64,000 nucleotides of DNA from contig OZ218951.1 of NCBI GenBank assembly GCA_965112735.1, positions 1,426,001 through 1,490,000 of the forward strand, in the 5' to 3' direction. This document shows positions 1-14,200 of this stretch, piece after piece; positions within the stretch are counted from its first letter, which is position 1; the number at the start of each line of letters is the position of its first letter. Source of the stretch: Phaeosaccion multiseriatum. Its lineage: Eukaryota; Protista; Ochrophyta, other classes. Both the position numbers and the translations under genes were made by a program. The notes beneath the pieces were generated by a model. That model was not told the origin of the DNA. It saw nothing but the letters and a program-made list of their open reading frames with translations, and made no database searches.

Positions 1-1157
1 GAGCACGAGGCACGCTTGCAGACAGAGCAGGTCAGTGGCAACACGCAGAGGCGTATGGGCATGCGTATGGGCAGGCAGGGAAGGCAAGGCCTCACTCCTC
101 CCCCTCCTCCTTCCCGTCCTCCTCCTCCTCCTCCTCCTTGTCCTCCTCGTCGTATTTGTTTCTCCTTCCGTCTCTTCTATTGATGTTGGTTGTTTGTGTT
201 GCACCCCCCCCCACCACCACCACCACCCACTCCCCCCTTACAACAGGCCCACAAGCAACTCGCAGCGAGGCTGGAGCAACAGACAGACGAGGCGCACGCA
301 GCCAAGCAGGCTGCCGAGGCGGCAATAGGAGCAGCAGGAGCAGCAGCAGCAGCAGCTGGACAAGCACGAGAGACAGGAGAAGGAGGAGAAGGAGAAGGAG
401 AAGACGGCCTTGCTCTCTCGGCCCAGCACCCTCGTCTAACAGACCTCACGGCGGAGGAGAGTAGCCCCTCAGCGGGTGGCATAACGTCGCTGAACTTCTC
501 TCCGAGGACGGCGGCGGCTGCCAAGCAACTCTTCTCGCAAGAGTCCAACCGAGCGGACCTTATGGGGGAGAGCACGCAGGTATATGGGCATGGACGCGGG
601 ATGGTACTGGACGGGCGTGGTACGGACTGACTTTGTGTGTTCTTATTCTTGCTTTGCGTTCGTGGCCTGTGTTTGGGGATTACTTACATCATTCACTCAC
701 TCACCCACTCACTCAATCACCCACTCACTCACTCACCCACTCACTCACCCACTCTCACTCACCCACTCATCCACTCACTCCCACAGGTCATTACGCAATT
801 GCAAGCCGAGGTTGCCCGCCTTCGGAAAGAGAACAGTAAGTTGAAGGTTGAACTTGAGTTTGAGTTGAAATGTCAAAATGTTGACCACCCCACCTACGGC
901 CGGGAGGGACGGAGCGTCGTGTAGACAAATTTATGCTGTTTCAGTTTCTTGTGTATGCGGGCACGTCGTGTGTGTGTTTGTGTATTTGAGTGTATGTATA
1001 GGTGTGCGTTTGTGTATGTGCGTGTATGTATAGATGTATGCGTTTGTGTGTGTGCGTGTGTGTGTGGCGTGCGCCTACTTGATTTTCATTTCCCACCCCG
1101 ATGCTGCACGAAGAATCTGTCTCTATCACTCACACCTGCACGCACACACACACACAC

Positions 1158-1194
<37 letters not shown>

Positions 1195-2899
1195 AACACA
1201 CCCGCACGCACGCACACAACGAAAAGGTCGAGTAAAGGAAGAGAACGAGGATCTGAAGCGCGAGAAGGCCAAGGCCGCTACCTCGCAGGAGGCTTCAAGC
1301 ATGAGCTATCACGCGCTCTCCGTGCAGATCAAAAAGCTCAGCGGGTAAGGAAGGGGTGGTGTCAGCCATTGTTTGGTCTTTTGGCACTCATTGACAGCTC
1401 ATGGACATGGTCAGACAGGAAGTTTAGCTCACATGTCCTTCCTTCTCGACTCTCGCGACCCCTTGTGATTCACTGACGCATCCCCCCCCCCCTCCCTCCC
1501 TCTGTCCTCCCCTCCATCCCCTTGTGATTCACTGACATATCCCCCTCCCTCCCTCTGTCCTCCCTCCATCCCCTTGTGATTCACTGACATATCCCCCCCC
1601 CCCTCAGGGCCAACAAAAAGTTCATCGAAGAGGTGAGCCGTGTGTCAGACATGCGTGATGCCGTGGAGGTCCGCAACCTCCAGCTGGAGGAGCAGCTCTT
1701 CAACAAGAAGGAGGAGGTGGAGGCGCACAGGCTCTTCTACGAGAGTGAGGTCACCAAGGGCAAAAAGTACTTGAAGGTGTGTGTAATGGGGGTGGCGTCG
1801 GTACCTGGTGTCAACAGGGTGGGTGGGTAGGTGGGTGGGTGGATGGATGTGGTTGGAGTACGATGATAGTAGAGCAGTAGGTAGTGGTACTGGGAGTAGA
1901 GCATAGTAACAGTAGTTGTTGCAGTAGTAGGAGTCTTTTCCGACTATACATTTCTCTAACCTCCACGCCCCTTTCCGCCCCACCCTTTGCTTACGTGACG
2001 TTTCGTATCACAAGATAATGGAGACAATGGTGAGTGCAAGTATGGAGAAACGTGAGGGATGGATGGATGGCCATGGATGGCAACGGATGGCAGGGTGGAT
2101 CGGGAGGGAGCAGGATTCCCAGCGTTGCTTTACTCAGTTTGTATGCCGGTTTCTCTCCCCCTCCCTCCCTCCTTTTCTCTCTCACTTTTCTCTCCCCCCC
2201 ATCTCTATCTTTCCTCTCCCTCGCTCCTTCTCCTCTCTCTCTCTCTCTCTCTCTCCGTCTCTTACTCTCTCCCCTCCTCTCTTTCGTCTCTGCCCCTCTC
2301 GCTCTGCCTAACCAAAGGTGCGTCTGGTGGCCGACCAACGCACCCCCATCGGTGATGGTGAGAAGGAGGAGCTGGTGTACCAACTGGCGGCCATGTTTGG
2401 CGACTGCAACAGGGAGGACCATGCGATGGTCTCGGCTGTAGACCTGCTCTCACACGCACCCAAGACGCGAGGTACGAGGGAGAGACGACGGCAGTAGAGC
2501 AGCAGTAGATGGCAGTCTATGGTAGTGGATGGCACTACCCCGCATCCCATCCCCTCCCATCGTATTACCAACCGCTCTATCGGCCGACCGACCTGTTCTC
2601 TTCTCTCGCCCTCTCCTCTCCCGCTGCCGTTGACCTCCCACCCTCGTCCACTGTCCTCTGGCATCCATGTCCCAATCCCCTCCACCCCCCAATGTATTCC
2701 CCCTCCACACACACATGACCCAACCACAGACACCTTCACTGCGAGCTTCAGCAGTGCGGCGAGCAGCGTTAGCAACCTCATGTCGGCCTTCAAACGGGCT
2801 GCACCAAGCCCCAACACCAATGGGGGGGGAGCGAGTGGGAGCAGTGGAAGCAGCGGCATGACTCTGGGCTCCGGGAGGCTCTTCAAGTACTCTTCGTAA
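1..2899 (+). CDS. Spliced coiled-coil protein of unknown function, 5' end outside window
   Basis: GT-AG bounded exons at ~247-579, 787-846, 1227-1343, 1608-1776, 2318-2471 and 2730-2899 join into heptad-rich text (VITQLQAEVARLRKENSKLK; VEVRNLQLEEQLFNKKEEVEAHRLFYE) ending RLFKYSS*. Confidence 0.6.
1459..1605 (+). repeat. Three ~55-bp tandem copies of an intronic branch-point/polypyrimidine unit
   Basis: CCCCTTGTGATTCACTGAC(G/A)..ATCCCCC recurs at ~1459, ~1518 and ~1570, just upstream of the acceptor at 1607. Confidence 0.8.
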
Positions 2900-3090
2900 G
2901 AACTTCTCATGGTAGAGAACTTCTCTCTTTTGCTCGCTTGGGCTTTGCGTTGTCTCGGGCTGGGGCTGGGGGGCGGGCAGCTCGTACGCTGCCATCACCA
3001 ACTCTTTTTGAGTTTGCTTTTGGCAGTCATAAATTATTTTAGTTCATAAAAAATGAGCATTTGCACATCCCAATCCCAACAATCACTCAC

Positions 3091-3260
3091 AGCCCATAGA
3101 TGGCACCAGAGGCAAGCCCATAGATGGCACCAGAGGCAAGCCCATAGATGGCACCAGAGGCAAGCCCATAGATGGCACCAGAGGCAAGCCCATAGATGGC
3201 ACCAGAGGCAAGCCCATAGATGGCACCAGAGGCAAGCCCATAGATGGCACCAGAGGCAAG
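3091..3260. repeat. 24-bp minisatellite, 7 perfect copies (AGCCCATAGATGGCACCAGAGGCA)
   Basis: Directly visible; no spacers; lies between two convergent stop codons (2899 and 3486). Confidence 0.95.
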
Positions 3261-3485
3261 GGGGGCTCTCTTGCATCCCCTCCTTGCCGTTGCGGCCGCC
3301 TTGTTGCTCGTATCAAAGGCGCCGCCTTGTTGAGACGCATGGCTGCGGGCCGTCTCGAAATTCTCCGTGGCCCACGGGTTAGTCCTGACACCAGCAGCTT
3401 TTAAGTCCTGACACCAGCGGAAGCAAGAAGCAGCACTCACCCCCTACTCGATGGTGGGTACCATCACCCACTGTCCCACCGCTCT

Positions 3486-6400
3486 TCACGCAGAGAGCGC
3501 AGCCCGCAGAATGCCCACGCCGATGTCCACGCTCCTCTGCACACCCCTCTCCCTCTCCCTCTTCCTTTCCATCTGTCCGGCTCCCACCCCTTGCTCTCCC
3601 CCCTCGGTCCCTGCCTCCTCCACTGTCAGGCCCTGTGCTTGCTCGGAGGGTATCTCAGGGTGTCCCAAGAAAGGCCCTCCTCCTCCTCCTCCTGCTCCTC
3701 CTCCTCCTCCTCGACTTGGAAACCCTCCTTCTTCCCCTGTGCTGAGGCGCATCACGGCAGTCACGTGGGCGACCTTCGGGGGAGGGGGGCGGAGGCGGGG
3801 GTGGATGGATTGAGCATTGAGCCAGATCAGGGAGGAGACAACAATGGGTTGGGTCGATGAGGGAGGGAGGAGACAACAATGGGTTGGGTCCATGAGGGAG
3901 GGAGGAGAATGGATTCAGCGGGGTTGAGGAGGGGAGGGATTCATGTTGCACAGAGTCGGGGCGTGGGTGGTGGGTGGTGTGGGTGAAGGAAGGGGTCAGA
4001 ATGAAACATTGGGTGGGGTCGGGTGGAGGAGAGAAAAAAGCAATGACCCTCTCGCTCTGCCCTCGCTCAGTACGCACCGTGTTGGCATGATACTTGAGGA
4101 GCGCCTGGTCTGCAGGGGTGGTGCCCCTTCCTGTGCGCCCCCTCCTTGGGACGGACTGAGCCACCGACAAAAGTGCTACTATGCGCCGGGCCGCCTCCTC
4201 AGTCACCCACAGACAGTCCACAATCTGAGTATTGACAACCGTGTGATAACCGTGCGATGAGCGAGTGTGTAAATAAGTGGGTGAGTGTTGGGAGGGCGGG
4301 CCGGAGGCTGGGAGGGAGAGGACCGACAAACACACACACACAAACAAACACACACACATCGAAATACACACACACGAAGGGGGGAAACGATAATAGACAC
4401 AGAGACGAGCACAAGACAAGAGCTGTGTGGAGAGATGTCACCCTCTCCCATCCGCTGCCATCCCGTTGTACGCTCTCACCAAGTTGGAGAGGTCGAGTGC
4501 GAAGTGCGCCATGAGAAAGGGCGTGTGTGCGTGCGTGTCTCCCTCTTGAAGAACACCGCCGCCGCTGCTGCCCCCCCCTCCTTCTCCTCCTCCTTCTCCT
4601 CCTCCTCCCCCTGCTCCTCCTCCTCCTCCTCCTCCTCCTCCTCCTCCTCCTCCTCCTCCTCCTCCTCCTCCTCCTCCTCCTCCTCCTCCCCCTGCTCCTC
4701 CTCCTCCTCCTCCTCCACCACCACCTCCCCCTCCTCCTCCTCCTCCTCCTCTTCCTCCAACCTCCCCTGCATCCACGGCCATCCTCACCCCTCCCTCCCT
4801 GGCCAGGCTCTGGGCCATGCTCTCTTTCATCTCCCCGAGGTGGGACGTGGCCATGAGCATGACTTGCTCCACCAGCCGCCTCAGCTCTCGCTGAAATGAC
4901 GCGCTTCCGGCAAAGAGGGAGCTTGTCGTGGCCGCTACTCTGACTAGACTGCTGTATGACCAACTGCTGCAGCTGGGGGCGGGTAGCGCGGCCAAAGCCT
5001 CAACGTGCACTGGCGGCTCCAACTGGGCATAGCACACCAGAAGGCGCAGCACTGAAAGATACACGGTCAGGGCCTCACCCGTGTGGGACTGCGCACATAC
5101 CATGCGTGTTGGTTGTCCGGGTCGACGCATCGTGAGGAAGAACAGGGAAGAGGGAAGAGACCAGTTCCAGCGCCACGGTGAGGGTCACACACGCACCCAC
5201 GGGCAAAATGTGAGTGAGTGGGTGAGTGAGTGAGTGAGTGAGTGAGGGAGTGAGTGAGCGAGTGAGTGAGTGAGTGAGGAAGGGAGGGAGTGGGTGAGGG
5301 AGGGAGTTAGTGAGTGGGTGTGTCCGTGAGTGAGTCAGTGAGTGAATAAGTGTGTGCATGAGTGAGTGAGTGAGTGAGTGAGTGAGTGAGTGAGTGAGTG
5401 AGTGAGTGAGTGAGTGAGTGAGTGAGTGGATGAGTGAGTGGATGAGTGAGTGGATGAGTGAGTGGGAAGTGACTGAGTGAATTGAGTCAGTGCAGGGGGG
5501 AGAAAGCGTACAAGCTTAGTCGCAGGATATAATGGGTACCTGCGCCAAATGTGCGTCTTGCAATGCGTGTGTGTTTGTCTCTGTCCTTCCGTCCCTCCCT
5601 AGTCACCTCCTTTCCCGACACCCTCTACGGAGATGTGTTTCTTTTGAACACGCACCTGCCATGGAAATCTTCTCACCGCCTTGAGGAGGCTCTCCAGAAG
5701 GGACAGCGGGCTCCCCCTACCACCATTTGTGACTTCGCTGCCGCTGTATGACCAACTGCGGCTGCGGCTGCTGCTACCGTTACCCGTGCTCACCTCCGCC
5801 GGAAGGATGGCCATCACCCCAAGCAAGTCCGATACGAAGGCGGCCAGTAGAGGGCCTGTGTACACGTGCTTCTGCTTCTGTTGCTGCTGCGGTTGGTTGT
5901 TCGGCAGCCCCTGTTGGAGTTTGGGATGGTAGGGGTGATGAAGCACCAGGTCCTGTGCCCTGATGACACCAGGTATCGATGCAGGCACGGACTCCACTCG
6001 GTCTTGTGCCAAGAAGGGGGGAGTGGTGCCGACGAGGGATACGGCGGAGCGGCAAAAGCGGTAGGCGTGGGGAAGGCACTGGATGGACGCACACGCACGC
6101 ACGCGCACACAGACACAGCACAACAGGGACAGAGTGTGCGTGTGAGAGATAGTGTGTGTGTGTGTGTGTGTGTGACAGAGAGAGGAGGACGAGTGTAAGA
6201 GAGAGGGAGAAAACCAAAAGGAGTACATGTGTTTATGAGTGTTGAGAGAAGAGAGAATGAATGGAGTCTGGTGACAGAAAGGGATGCAAAGGATGGAAGA
6301 TGGAGAACACCACCACAACATCTCATCATCTTTGTGGCACATCACGCACATGAGGCACATTACGCACACGAGCGGAAGGCGGTTACAGAAAAGTTCACTC

Positions 6401-6748
6401 ACAAGCAGGGGAACACACTTTATTGCATCGCCCACCCCTCACACTCACCCTGCAGATTATCGCCACACTGGTGCATTCTTTGTACAAGCGCAGCCGCGAA
6501 AAGTGGCCCCGAACGGAAGGCACCGTCGCGTTGCAAAAGGTGAAGCAGTCGTTAATGAAGCGTCGCTTCTCCTCCGCGTTCTTCCACCCGCCTGACCTCC
6601 CCGCCGCCGCCGCCGCTCCTCGTGCCCCTTCCCATCCACTGCCATCCCCTCCCCAGGGCCGCCTCCTCCTGCCCCTCTTTCGTGTCACCGTCTTCGACCC
6701 CATGGCGCTCCATTCGGCTTCAGCACCATCGCCTCTCTCCTCCTCCTC

Positions 6749-6785
<37 letters not shown>

Positions 6786-7063
6786 TCTTGTCCTTCTCTG
6801 TTGTCGGAAGCACTTCCGGCAAAGGCTGTTCCAGAGACTGCTGATGCTTCCTTCTCCATCTCCTCCTCCTCCTCCTCCTCCTCCTCCTCCTCCGCTTCGC
6901 CATGGTAGCTGTCGGTTTCCGCGCTTGCCCTTTGCGCTAGACGCAGCACCGCATAGACTATCCGATCGCGGAGCCCCCCCCGAACATGTCCGAAGCTTGC
7001 CCTGCTCTGCACGAGAAGGGCCAAACACGCCTCAAAGTCGCTGTGGGAGGATGGTGAGGGTGA

Positions 7064-7095
<32 letters not shown>

Positions 7096-8134
7096 ATGGG
7101 AATGTGAGAGAGAGGGAGAGGGAATGACAGAAGGAGGCAGGGGAGAGGGGAGAGGGGAGAGGAGGGAGAGAGAGAGGGAGAGAGAGGGAGAGAAGAGAGG
7201 AAGAGAGAGAGCGAGAGCGACAAAAGCGAGAGGAGAGAGGCGCACATTTTGTCACCACAGTCGCCAAGTCATTCCATCAGTCCTGCGAGGCAAGGGAGGG
7301 CAGGGGAGGAGAGGGGAGGGGACCTTGCTCCACCTCCTGTCGCCCTGCCCGGCCCTGCCCATATGCCGCCACCCTGCCCTGTCTTGCCCACGTGCTTCTA
7401 CCCTGTCTGTGCATTGCCTCGCCTCCACTCCACCCCACACCACCCCACCACCCTCCCCTCTTACCCGCTCAAGAGCTCCTCCACCCTCCCGACGAGACGA
7501 GTCAGCAGCCCGGCCACTTGGGTTCGACTCTCCTCCAGCACGAGGGGAGTAACCCCACCAGCGAGGAGAACCCCAACCCGGTACATGACATTAATCAGTT
7601 GCCCCGACTCTTTCTCTCCCTCTCCCTCTCTCCCTCCCTCTCCCTCTCCGTCTCTATCTCCCTCTCTCTCTCTCTCCCTCTCTCCCTCTCCGTGTCCTTT
7701 TTCCTGTTCCTGTCCCGCTGCTGTATCAACTGCTGCCGCTGCTGCTGTATCACCAACACCAACACGTCCCCCAGAGCCTGTCCAGCCCCCCCCAGCCTGC
7801 TGTCCTCGCTGGACAACAGGGTGGCACCTCTTGGTGTCAACGAACTGTGTGCGGTGCGTGTGGGGGTGAGGCGAGCAGGCAGGTACGGCACAGTATGGCA
7901 AGATATGCCAGGCAGGCAGGCAGGCAGGCAGGCAGACAGACGGACAGACAAAACAGGCAGACATACAGACAGGCAGACGGACAGACAGGCAGACAGACAG
8001 ACACAAAGACGGACAGGCAGAATGACAGACACAAAGACAGACAGGCAGATAGACAGGCAGACAGACAGACACAATGACGGACAGACAGACAGGCAGACAG
8101 ACACACACACAGACACACAGACAGACAGACAGTC

Positions 8135-8225
<91 letters not shown>

Positions 8226-11200
8226 AGGGAGAGGGGGACATAGACGGAGAAGAAGACAACGTTAGGGACAAGAAGCCCTCACGGCAGCTTTCTGTTTTCA
8301 GTTATTAGAAACGAAGGCCATTCAGTTTCGGACTCCTACTACAATCTTCTCTTGACTGATGAATCAAAACAAACCCTCATGCTCGATATCCTCAACCGAG
8401 GTGGACGGAGGGAGAGTCAACAACCAATAATAAGTCAACAACCAATAAGTTAACAAATAATATACTGCGAGTGTGTTCCGTTCCTCTCCTTTCTCACCCC
8501 AATACTCCTCTTTCTTCTCTTCTCTCCTCTTCTCTCCTCTCCTCTCCTCTCCTCTCCTCTCCTCTCTTCGCCTCCCTTCTCACGACCCCCCCACTCACCT
8601 CATCCAGCAGCTCCTTGCAGAGCTGTGTGCGTGTGCGTGTGTCGAGCAGCTCCAGCAGCCGCAGTAGGCATGGACTGACAGTCTGAGGCGCATAATGTCG
8701 GACTCGAGGGGCTATAGCACAGGCAAGCTCCCGGAGCTCCGCAGAGGCAGCAGATACCTTAGGCGAAGGGAAGGGAAGGGAAGGGAAGGGAAGGGAAGGG
8801 AAGGGAAGGGAAGGGAAGGGAAGGGAAGGGAAGGGAAGGGAAGGGAAAGGAAGGGAAGGGAAGGGAAGGGAAGGGAAGGGAAGGGAAGGGAAGGGAAGGG
8901 AAGGGAAGGGAAGGGAAGGGAAGGGAAGGGAAGGGAAGGGAAGGGAAGGGAAGGGAAGGGAAGGGAAGGGAAGGGAAGGGAAGGGAAGGGAAGAGAAGAG
9001 AAGGTAAGAGCAGAGAAGAGAAAAGAACTAATGCCCACACAAGGTACAGTCATGAAGAGTTGAAACTGAACTTCCCTCCCTCCACTGCCAACCTCCTCCT
9101 CCCCCCCCCCATCCATTGCCATCATCATCATCCTCCCCCTCCTCTCCCCCCATCACCCCCACCCTCCTCACCCACCCGCCCACCCATTGCCATCCTTCCC
9201 ACCCGCCTACCCACTCAGCCAGCCACTCACTCACTCACTCACTCACTCACCTCCTGCGGTTCGGCGGCGTCAACATGAGTAAGCACATCCCTGAGCAACA
9301 GCGCCACCTCCCTCTCGCTGTACCACCTGTCCAGCACTCCGAACCACGCCGTCGCAGCAAGGGCCAGCACCTTGAGACGACTGGTGTCAGGACCGGCTGG
9401 TACTCCACCGCTACTGCTGCCGCCATTTGTGACTCTGCTCATCGTATTCATACTCGTACTACTCATATTCATACTCCCACTGACGTCGTTCCACACTTCA
9501 TTAAGCACAGCCAGGCGCTGCTCCGGGGGGGGAGGAGAGATCTGCAGGCGCTGACCGAGCACGGCAAACACCTCTGCGGCGCTCAGGGCTGTGGGCCTCA
9601 GGGAGGAGGCTTCGCGCACAAGGAGGATCACCTGTATCACCAACGTGTGTGGATGTGCGTGTGTTGGTGTGTGTGTGTGTGGGTGGGCGGGTGTGTGTGT
9701 GCAAGTGTGATGTTCGTGTTTCGGTGTGTTTGTGTGGGGGTGTGGTGTGTGTGTGTTTGTGCGTATGAGTTGTATGTGAATGTGCCGTCACTCTTGTGGA
9801 GGAGTAGGGTGGAAACACTCCATCACGTACGTACATACGTATTGTGCTCTAATGACTTATTGCAATGCGCGGAGGGAGCACTAACCTCGGTGGCGAATGG
9901 GGAGTACAGCGCGGGGGCGAAGTACTCAAGGATGGCTCGCAGCACCTTGAGGGGGTTGGGAGGGAGGGGGGGGGGGGGGGGTAGGACAAATGGGCGTAAG
10001 GGCAAACACACATACAGATATACATGGCAGAGAGAACGGAGAAAGGAAATGTGGGTTTGTCAAGTTGAAGTTGGTTAAAGAGAGACTGGGTGGGCAGAAG
10101 TCTCACGGAAGCACATCCATTTTCTTCCACAACTCTTCCACACACTCTTCCACACTCTGTTCCTCTTTCCTCGTTGTTATCTCGCACCTCTAGATTGCCG
10201 CAAAAGTCGCGATAATGCTGAAGCACTTTACGAAACACGCCCTCCTCCGTCCCCGGCCCCAGATATTGCATGAGCCAGCGCATGGCGGGGGCGCGGAGGC
10301 GAACGAAGCCCTGTGTGATCATCCACTCCCCGCCTCCTCCTCCTCCTCCTCCTCCTCCTCCTTCTCCTCCTCCTCCTCCTCCTGCTCCTCCTGCTCCTGT
10401 AACTGCTGCTGCTGCCGCCCTGGCCGCTGCCGCTGTGGCGTGCCCCATGCGCACCATTCTGCGATCATCGTTCCCTGTACCACCACCGCTGGAGCCGCCA
10501 TCTGTGAAGCCGAAGAGGTCGTCACAGACCATCACAGTCATATAGGCTGAACGGCATGGTGCCACGCTTCGGCCCACCTTACTCAGATAGGCACGAGCGT
10601 ATACCGCCACCAAAGGGTCCCCCACACCCCTGGGTACGTGTATGTGTGTGTGTGCGTGTGTGCGTGTGTGTGTGCGTGTGTACGTGTGTGTGCGAGTGTG
10701 TATGCGTATGTGTGGGTAGATGGGTAGTGGGTGTGTGTGTGGGTGAGGGGAGGGGAGGGACAAGGCATAGAAAACGAAATGTCAAACAAGCCCTGTCCTC
10801 CTTCTCCCTCCCGTCTGAGAGCAGCGAACGAGCTTCAGAGCTTCCCCTTTCGAAAAGGGAGGCAGAGACAAGCATGCACACAGCACACGTACACACGCAC
10901 ACACACACGCACACACACGCGCATACACACACCGTAGACGACACACAGACAGAGACTTCGAGGATGGATGGAAGAGCAAACGGCTTTTTACCCCTCTCTC
11001 TCTCGATGTCTCGTCTCACTAGTTTGAGTTTGCGTACATCAATAGCGCATGCACTTACGTCTATACCCATCCAGCAACCCACCCACATACCCACTTCCTA
11101 CCTACCTACCCCCCCGCCACCCACATACCCACTTCCTACCTACCTACCCACCCACATACCTACCCACCTACCCACCCACCTCGCACTTACACACTCACCC

Positions 11201-14200
11201 ACCCACCTGATGAGAGTTGCCAGTCTGCCCAGGATGGCTGGAAACTCCTCCTCCCCCACGAGGAAGCGATAACACGGCAACATGCACACTTCCACGAGCA
11301 GACGGGGCAGGAGCTCGCGAATACAGGCAGTCTTGTAGAACCAATTGCGGCACATTTCCTTCGCCGGAGAGCTAGAGAAGGAGGGACGAAGATAGGGAGG
11401 GAGGGAGGGAGGGAGGGAGGGAGGGAGGGAGGGAGGGAGGGAGGGAGGGAGGGAGGGAGGGAGGGAGGGAGGGAGGGAGGGAGGGAGGGAGGGAGGGGGG
11501 AGGGAGGGAGGGAGGGAGGGCGGGCGGGCGGGCGGGAGGGGGGGGGGGAATAAGGGATTCAGACAAAGGGCAGAGGGAGGGTGCGTCTTCTGATGGCAAC
11601 GGACGTCTGATACCCATCATACTCTCGGGGGCGGGGGGAGGCTCTTTCCTCCGATGCTTCTCCTCCTCCTCCTCCTCCACCACCACCTCCACCACCACCA
11701 CCACCACCACCACCACCTCTTCCATCGTCCTCCTCCACATTTCTACGCCAGAGCTAATTGCAGCCTTCGCCCCTCCCTCCCCATTTCGCGCATCCAGTCA
11801 GCAAGAGAAACAAACGCACACATGCGCACATGCACATACACATAAAGAGGAGGAGGGAGAGAGATGCCCCATTCCCCGCCAACACACATACACAAACACA
11901 TACACACACACACATATAAACAAACCCTCTGTCTCTCCCTACTCGAACTAATTACGCCCCTCAGCCTTTTCTTTACCCTTCCATACACTTACGTAGCCTT
12001 ACCTAACATCTTCCGCGACGAAGTCAGGCGGCAACACCTCCTTCCTAGCAGCAACAGCCCCGGGCTGGGCAGTTGGTGATACAGCAGGGGGCTTCTTGCC
12101 TCTCTTCGCACTGTCCCCGTCCGTCTCCGTCCCCCCCGGGAGGTCGTCAAAGTCTGGCGGCTGTGTGCAGTTTCAGGGAGGGAAGGGGGGGGTGGGTGGG
12201 AGCGTCAGTTTCAGTTTCAGTTTCAGAGTAGTAGACCTTAAGGTTGGGGGGGGGGTTTGGACGGAGCGGGCGGCTAACAGGTTGGTACTCATACCCCACC
12301 CCACCCCACCCCCCCCCCACACACACAAACAAACACACACACGCCCCCTCAACACCCCTCTCACCATTGACTTGCTCACTCTCTCACTCACTCACTCACT
12401 GACGCACGCACCTCCTGTGCCTTGTCCTTGATCCTTTTGAAGACAAGCCCTCCAAACGTGTCCAGCACCTCTATAATGAGCACAAAGAGAGCAGGGAAGG
12501 CAGCCAATGCCTCCCCCGAGGCACCGCAGTCTCCCAGCAGCTTAGCGGCTTGGATGGCGGACTTGACAGCGTTGACCTTCTCCTCCTGTTCCCACTGCCG
12601 CATCATGTCCGCGCGGAGTCCCTAATATAATTTCGTCAGGATGTGCAATACGGACATGTGACAGTGGTCGGAGGGGTAGAGCGAAGAAAGTGAGTGAGGG
12701 TGAGAGAGAGAGGGAAGAGAGAGAGGGAGAGGGAGAGGTGAGAGAGAGAGATCAGAGGGAGTGAGGTAAGAGAGAGAGGTTAAGAGAGCGAGAGGTAAGA
12801 GAGCGAGAGAGAGAGGTAAGAGAGAGAGGTAAAGAGAGAGAGAGGTAAGAGAAAGAGAGAGAGAGGTAAGAGGTAAAAAGAGAGATATGTGGGCGTTGAG
12901 TAGTGAGGGGGGCTTGCCATGCTTTGGATCAGAGCTCGTGCGTGTTTGTTCGTGAAAAGGAGCGAGACAGCTGAACCTATTCAAGACAACTGTACGTGTA
13001 ACCGAAACCGTAACCGTAACCGTACTCACAAAGTCATTCATCCACCAATCCCCCTGCCTCTTCCCCTCTCTCTCTCTCTCTCTCTCAAGAAGCCCAGCTC
13101 ACCCCTCCCACCTGAATGTGGACTACGTACTCCCTCAGCGACCATGACACATGCAGCCCTCCCCCCCCGGGGGAAGACAGCACGCCCGCACCCACACCCG
13201 AGGGGGGCCTCTCCAGGAGAAGGCCCCCTCCCTCCGTGTTGGGCCCCTCGGGATCGTCGGACGATGGCACCCCACGGCCCTTACTCTTTCTCAATTCGAG
13301 GAACTTGAGTCGCTGACTCCGCGCCTGCTCCATCGACGTCTCTTGTGCTTGGGGGGCAGTGACGGTGGGGTGGTGGGAGTGCGACGCATATCAAAGGGGG
13401 TTGGGGGGGGGGAGGAGAAGAGAGAGGGAGAGAGAGAGAGAAGAAAAGAGAGAGATGGGAGGGAGTGAGGCAAGGACGCACAAAAATGACCGAGTTGCGT
13501 TGGAGCAGAGAAAGAACGGGACTCCCAGTCATTCCTGACCCCCTTCACAGGACCCCAACAAAGACCCCCAATGTCAAGCAGCAGAGCATGCAGTACGTAT
13601 GTGTGCAGAGGGAGAGAGAGAAATATAGGGAGAGAATGAGAGACACATGAAGAGAGAGAGATACATGTATACAGAGAGAGGGAGAGATGGGAGAAGGAGA
13701 GAGAGAGATATTCCCAGAGCATAAAAGTAGAGTGATGGTGTGTGGAGCTGACAACCTGCCTACCGCGTATGCTCCTGTTCCTCCCCTCTCTCCCCTCCCC
13801 TCTCTCCCCCCCACACCCCACTCTCTCACCACCATCAGTAGCAGCAGTAGCCCCTCCTCCTCCTCCTCCTCCTCCTCCTCCTCCTCCTCCTCCTCCTCCT
13901 CCTCCTCCTTGGGACAAGATGGCGGAGGCCAATGCCTCATCTTGCACGAAGTTCCCCACCATATCACGACGATGAGATGCCCACTCATACTCGTACTCAA
14001 CCTCTCTACCAAGTCCCTCCCCCTCCCCCCCACCCCGCGAAGGGCCAGAGCCAAGGCCAGGCTCAGGGTCAGGACCAGCACTGCTGTGGTGGTGAAAGAG
14101 CGATGGCGTTCCCCCTGTATCACCAACTGCCGTACCGCCTCCGCCTCCTCCACCTCCTCTCTCTCCTTTGATCCGCCCTGTGCTCCTCGAGCTCCCCTGC

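Noticed and set aside
3091-3260. CRISPR array or CTCF site array
   Set aside because: No spacers and no cas genes in a eukaryotic context; the resemblance to the CTCF consensus is not meaningful because CTCF is animal-specific.
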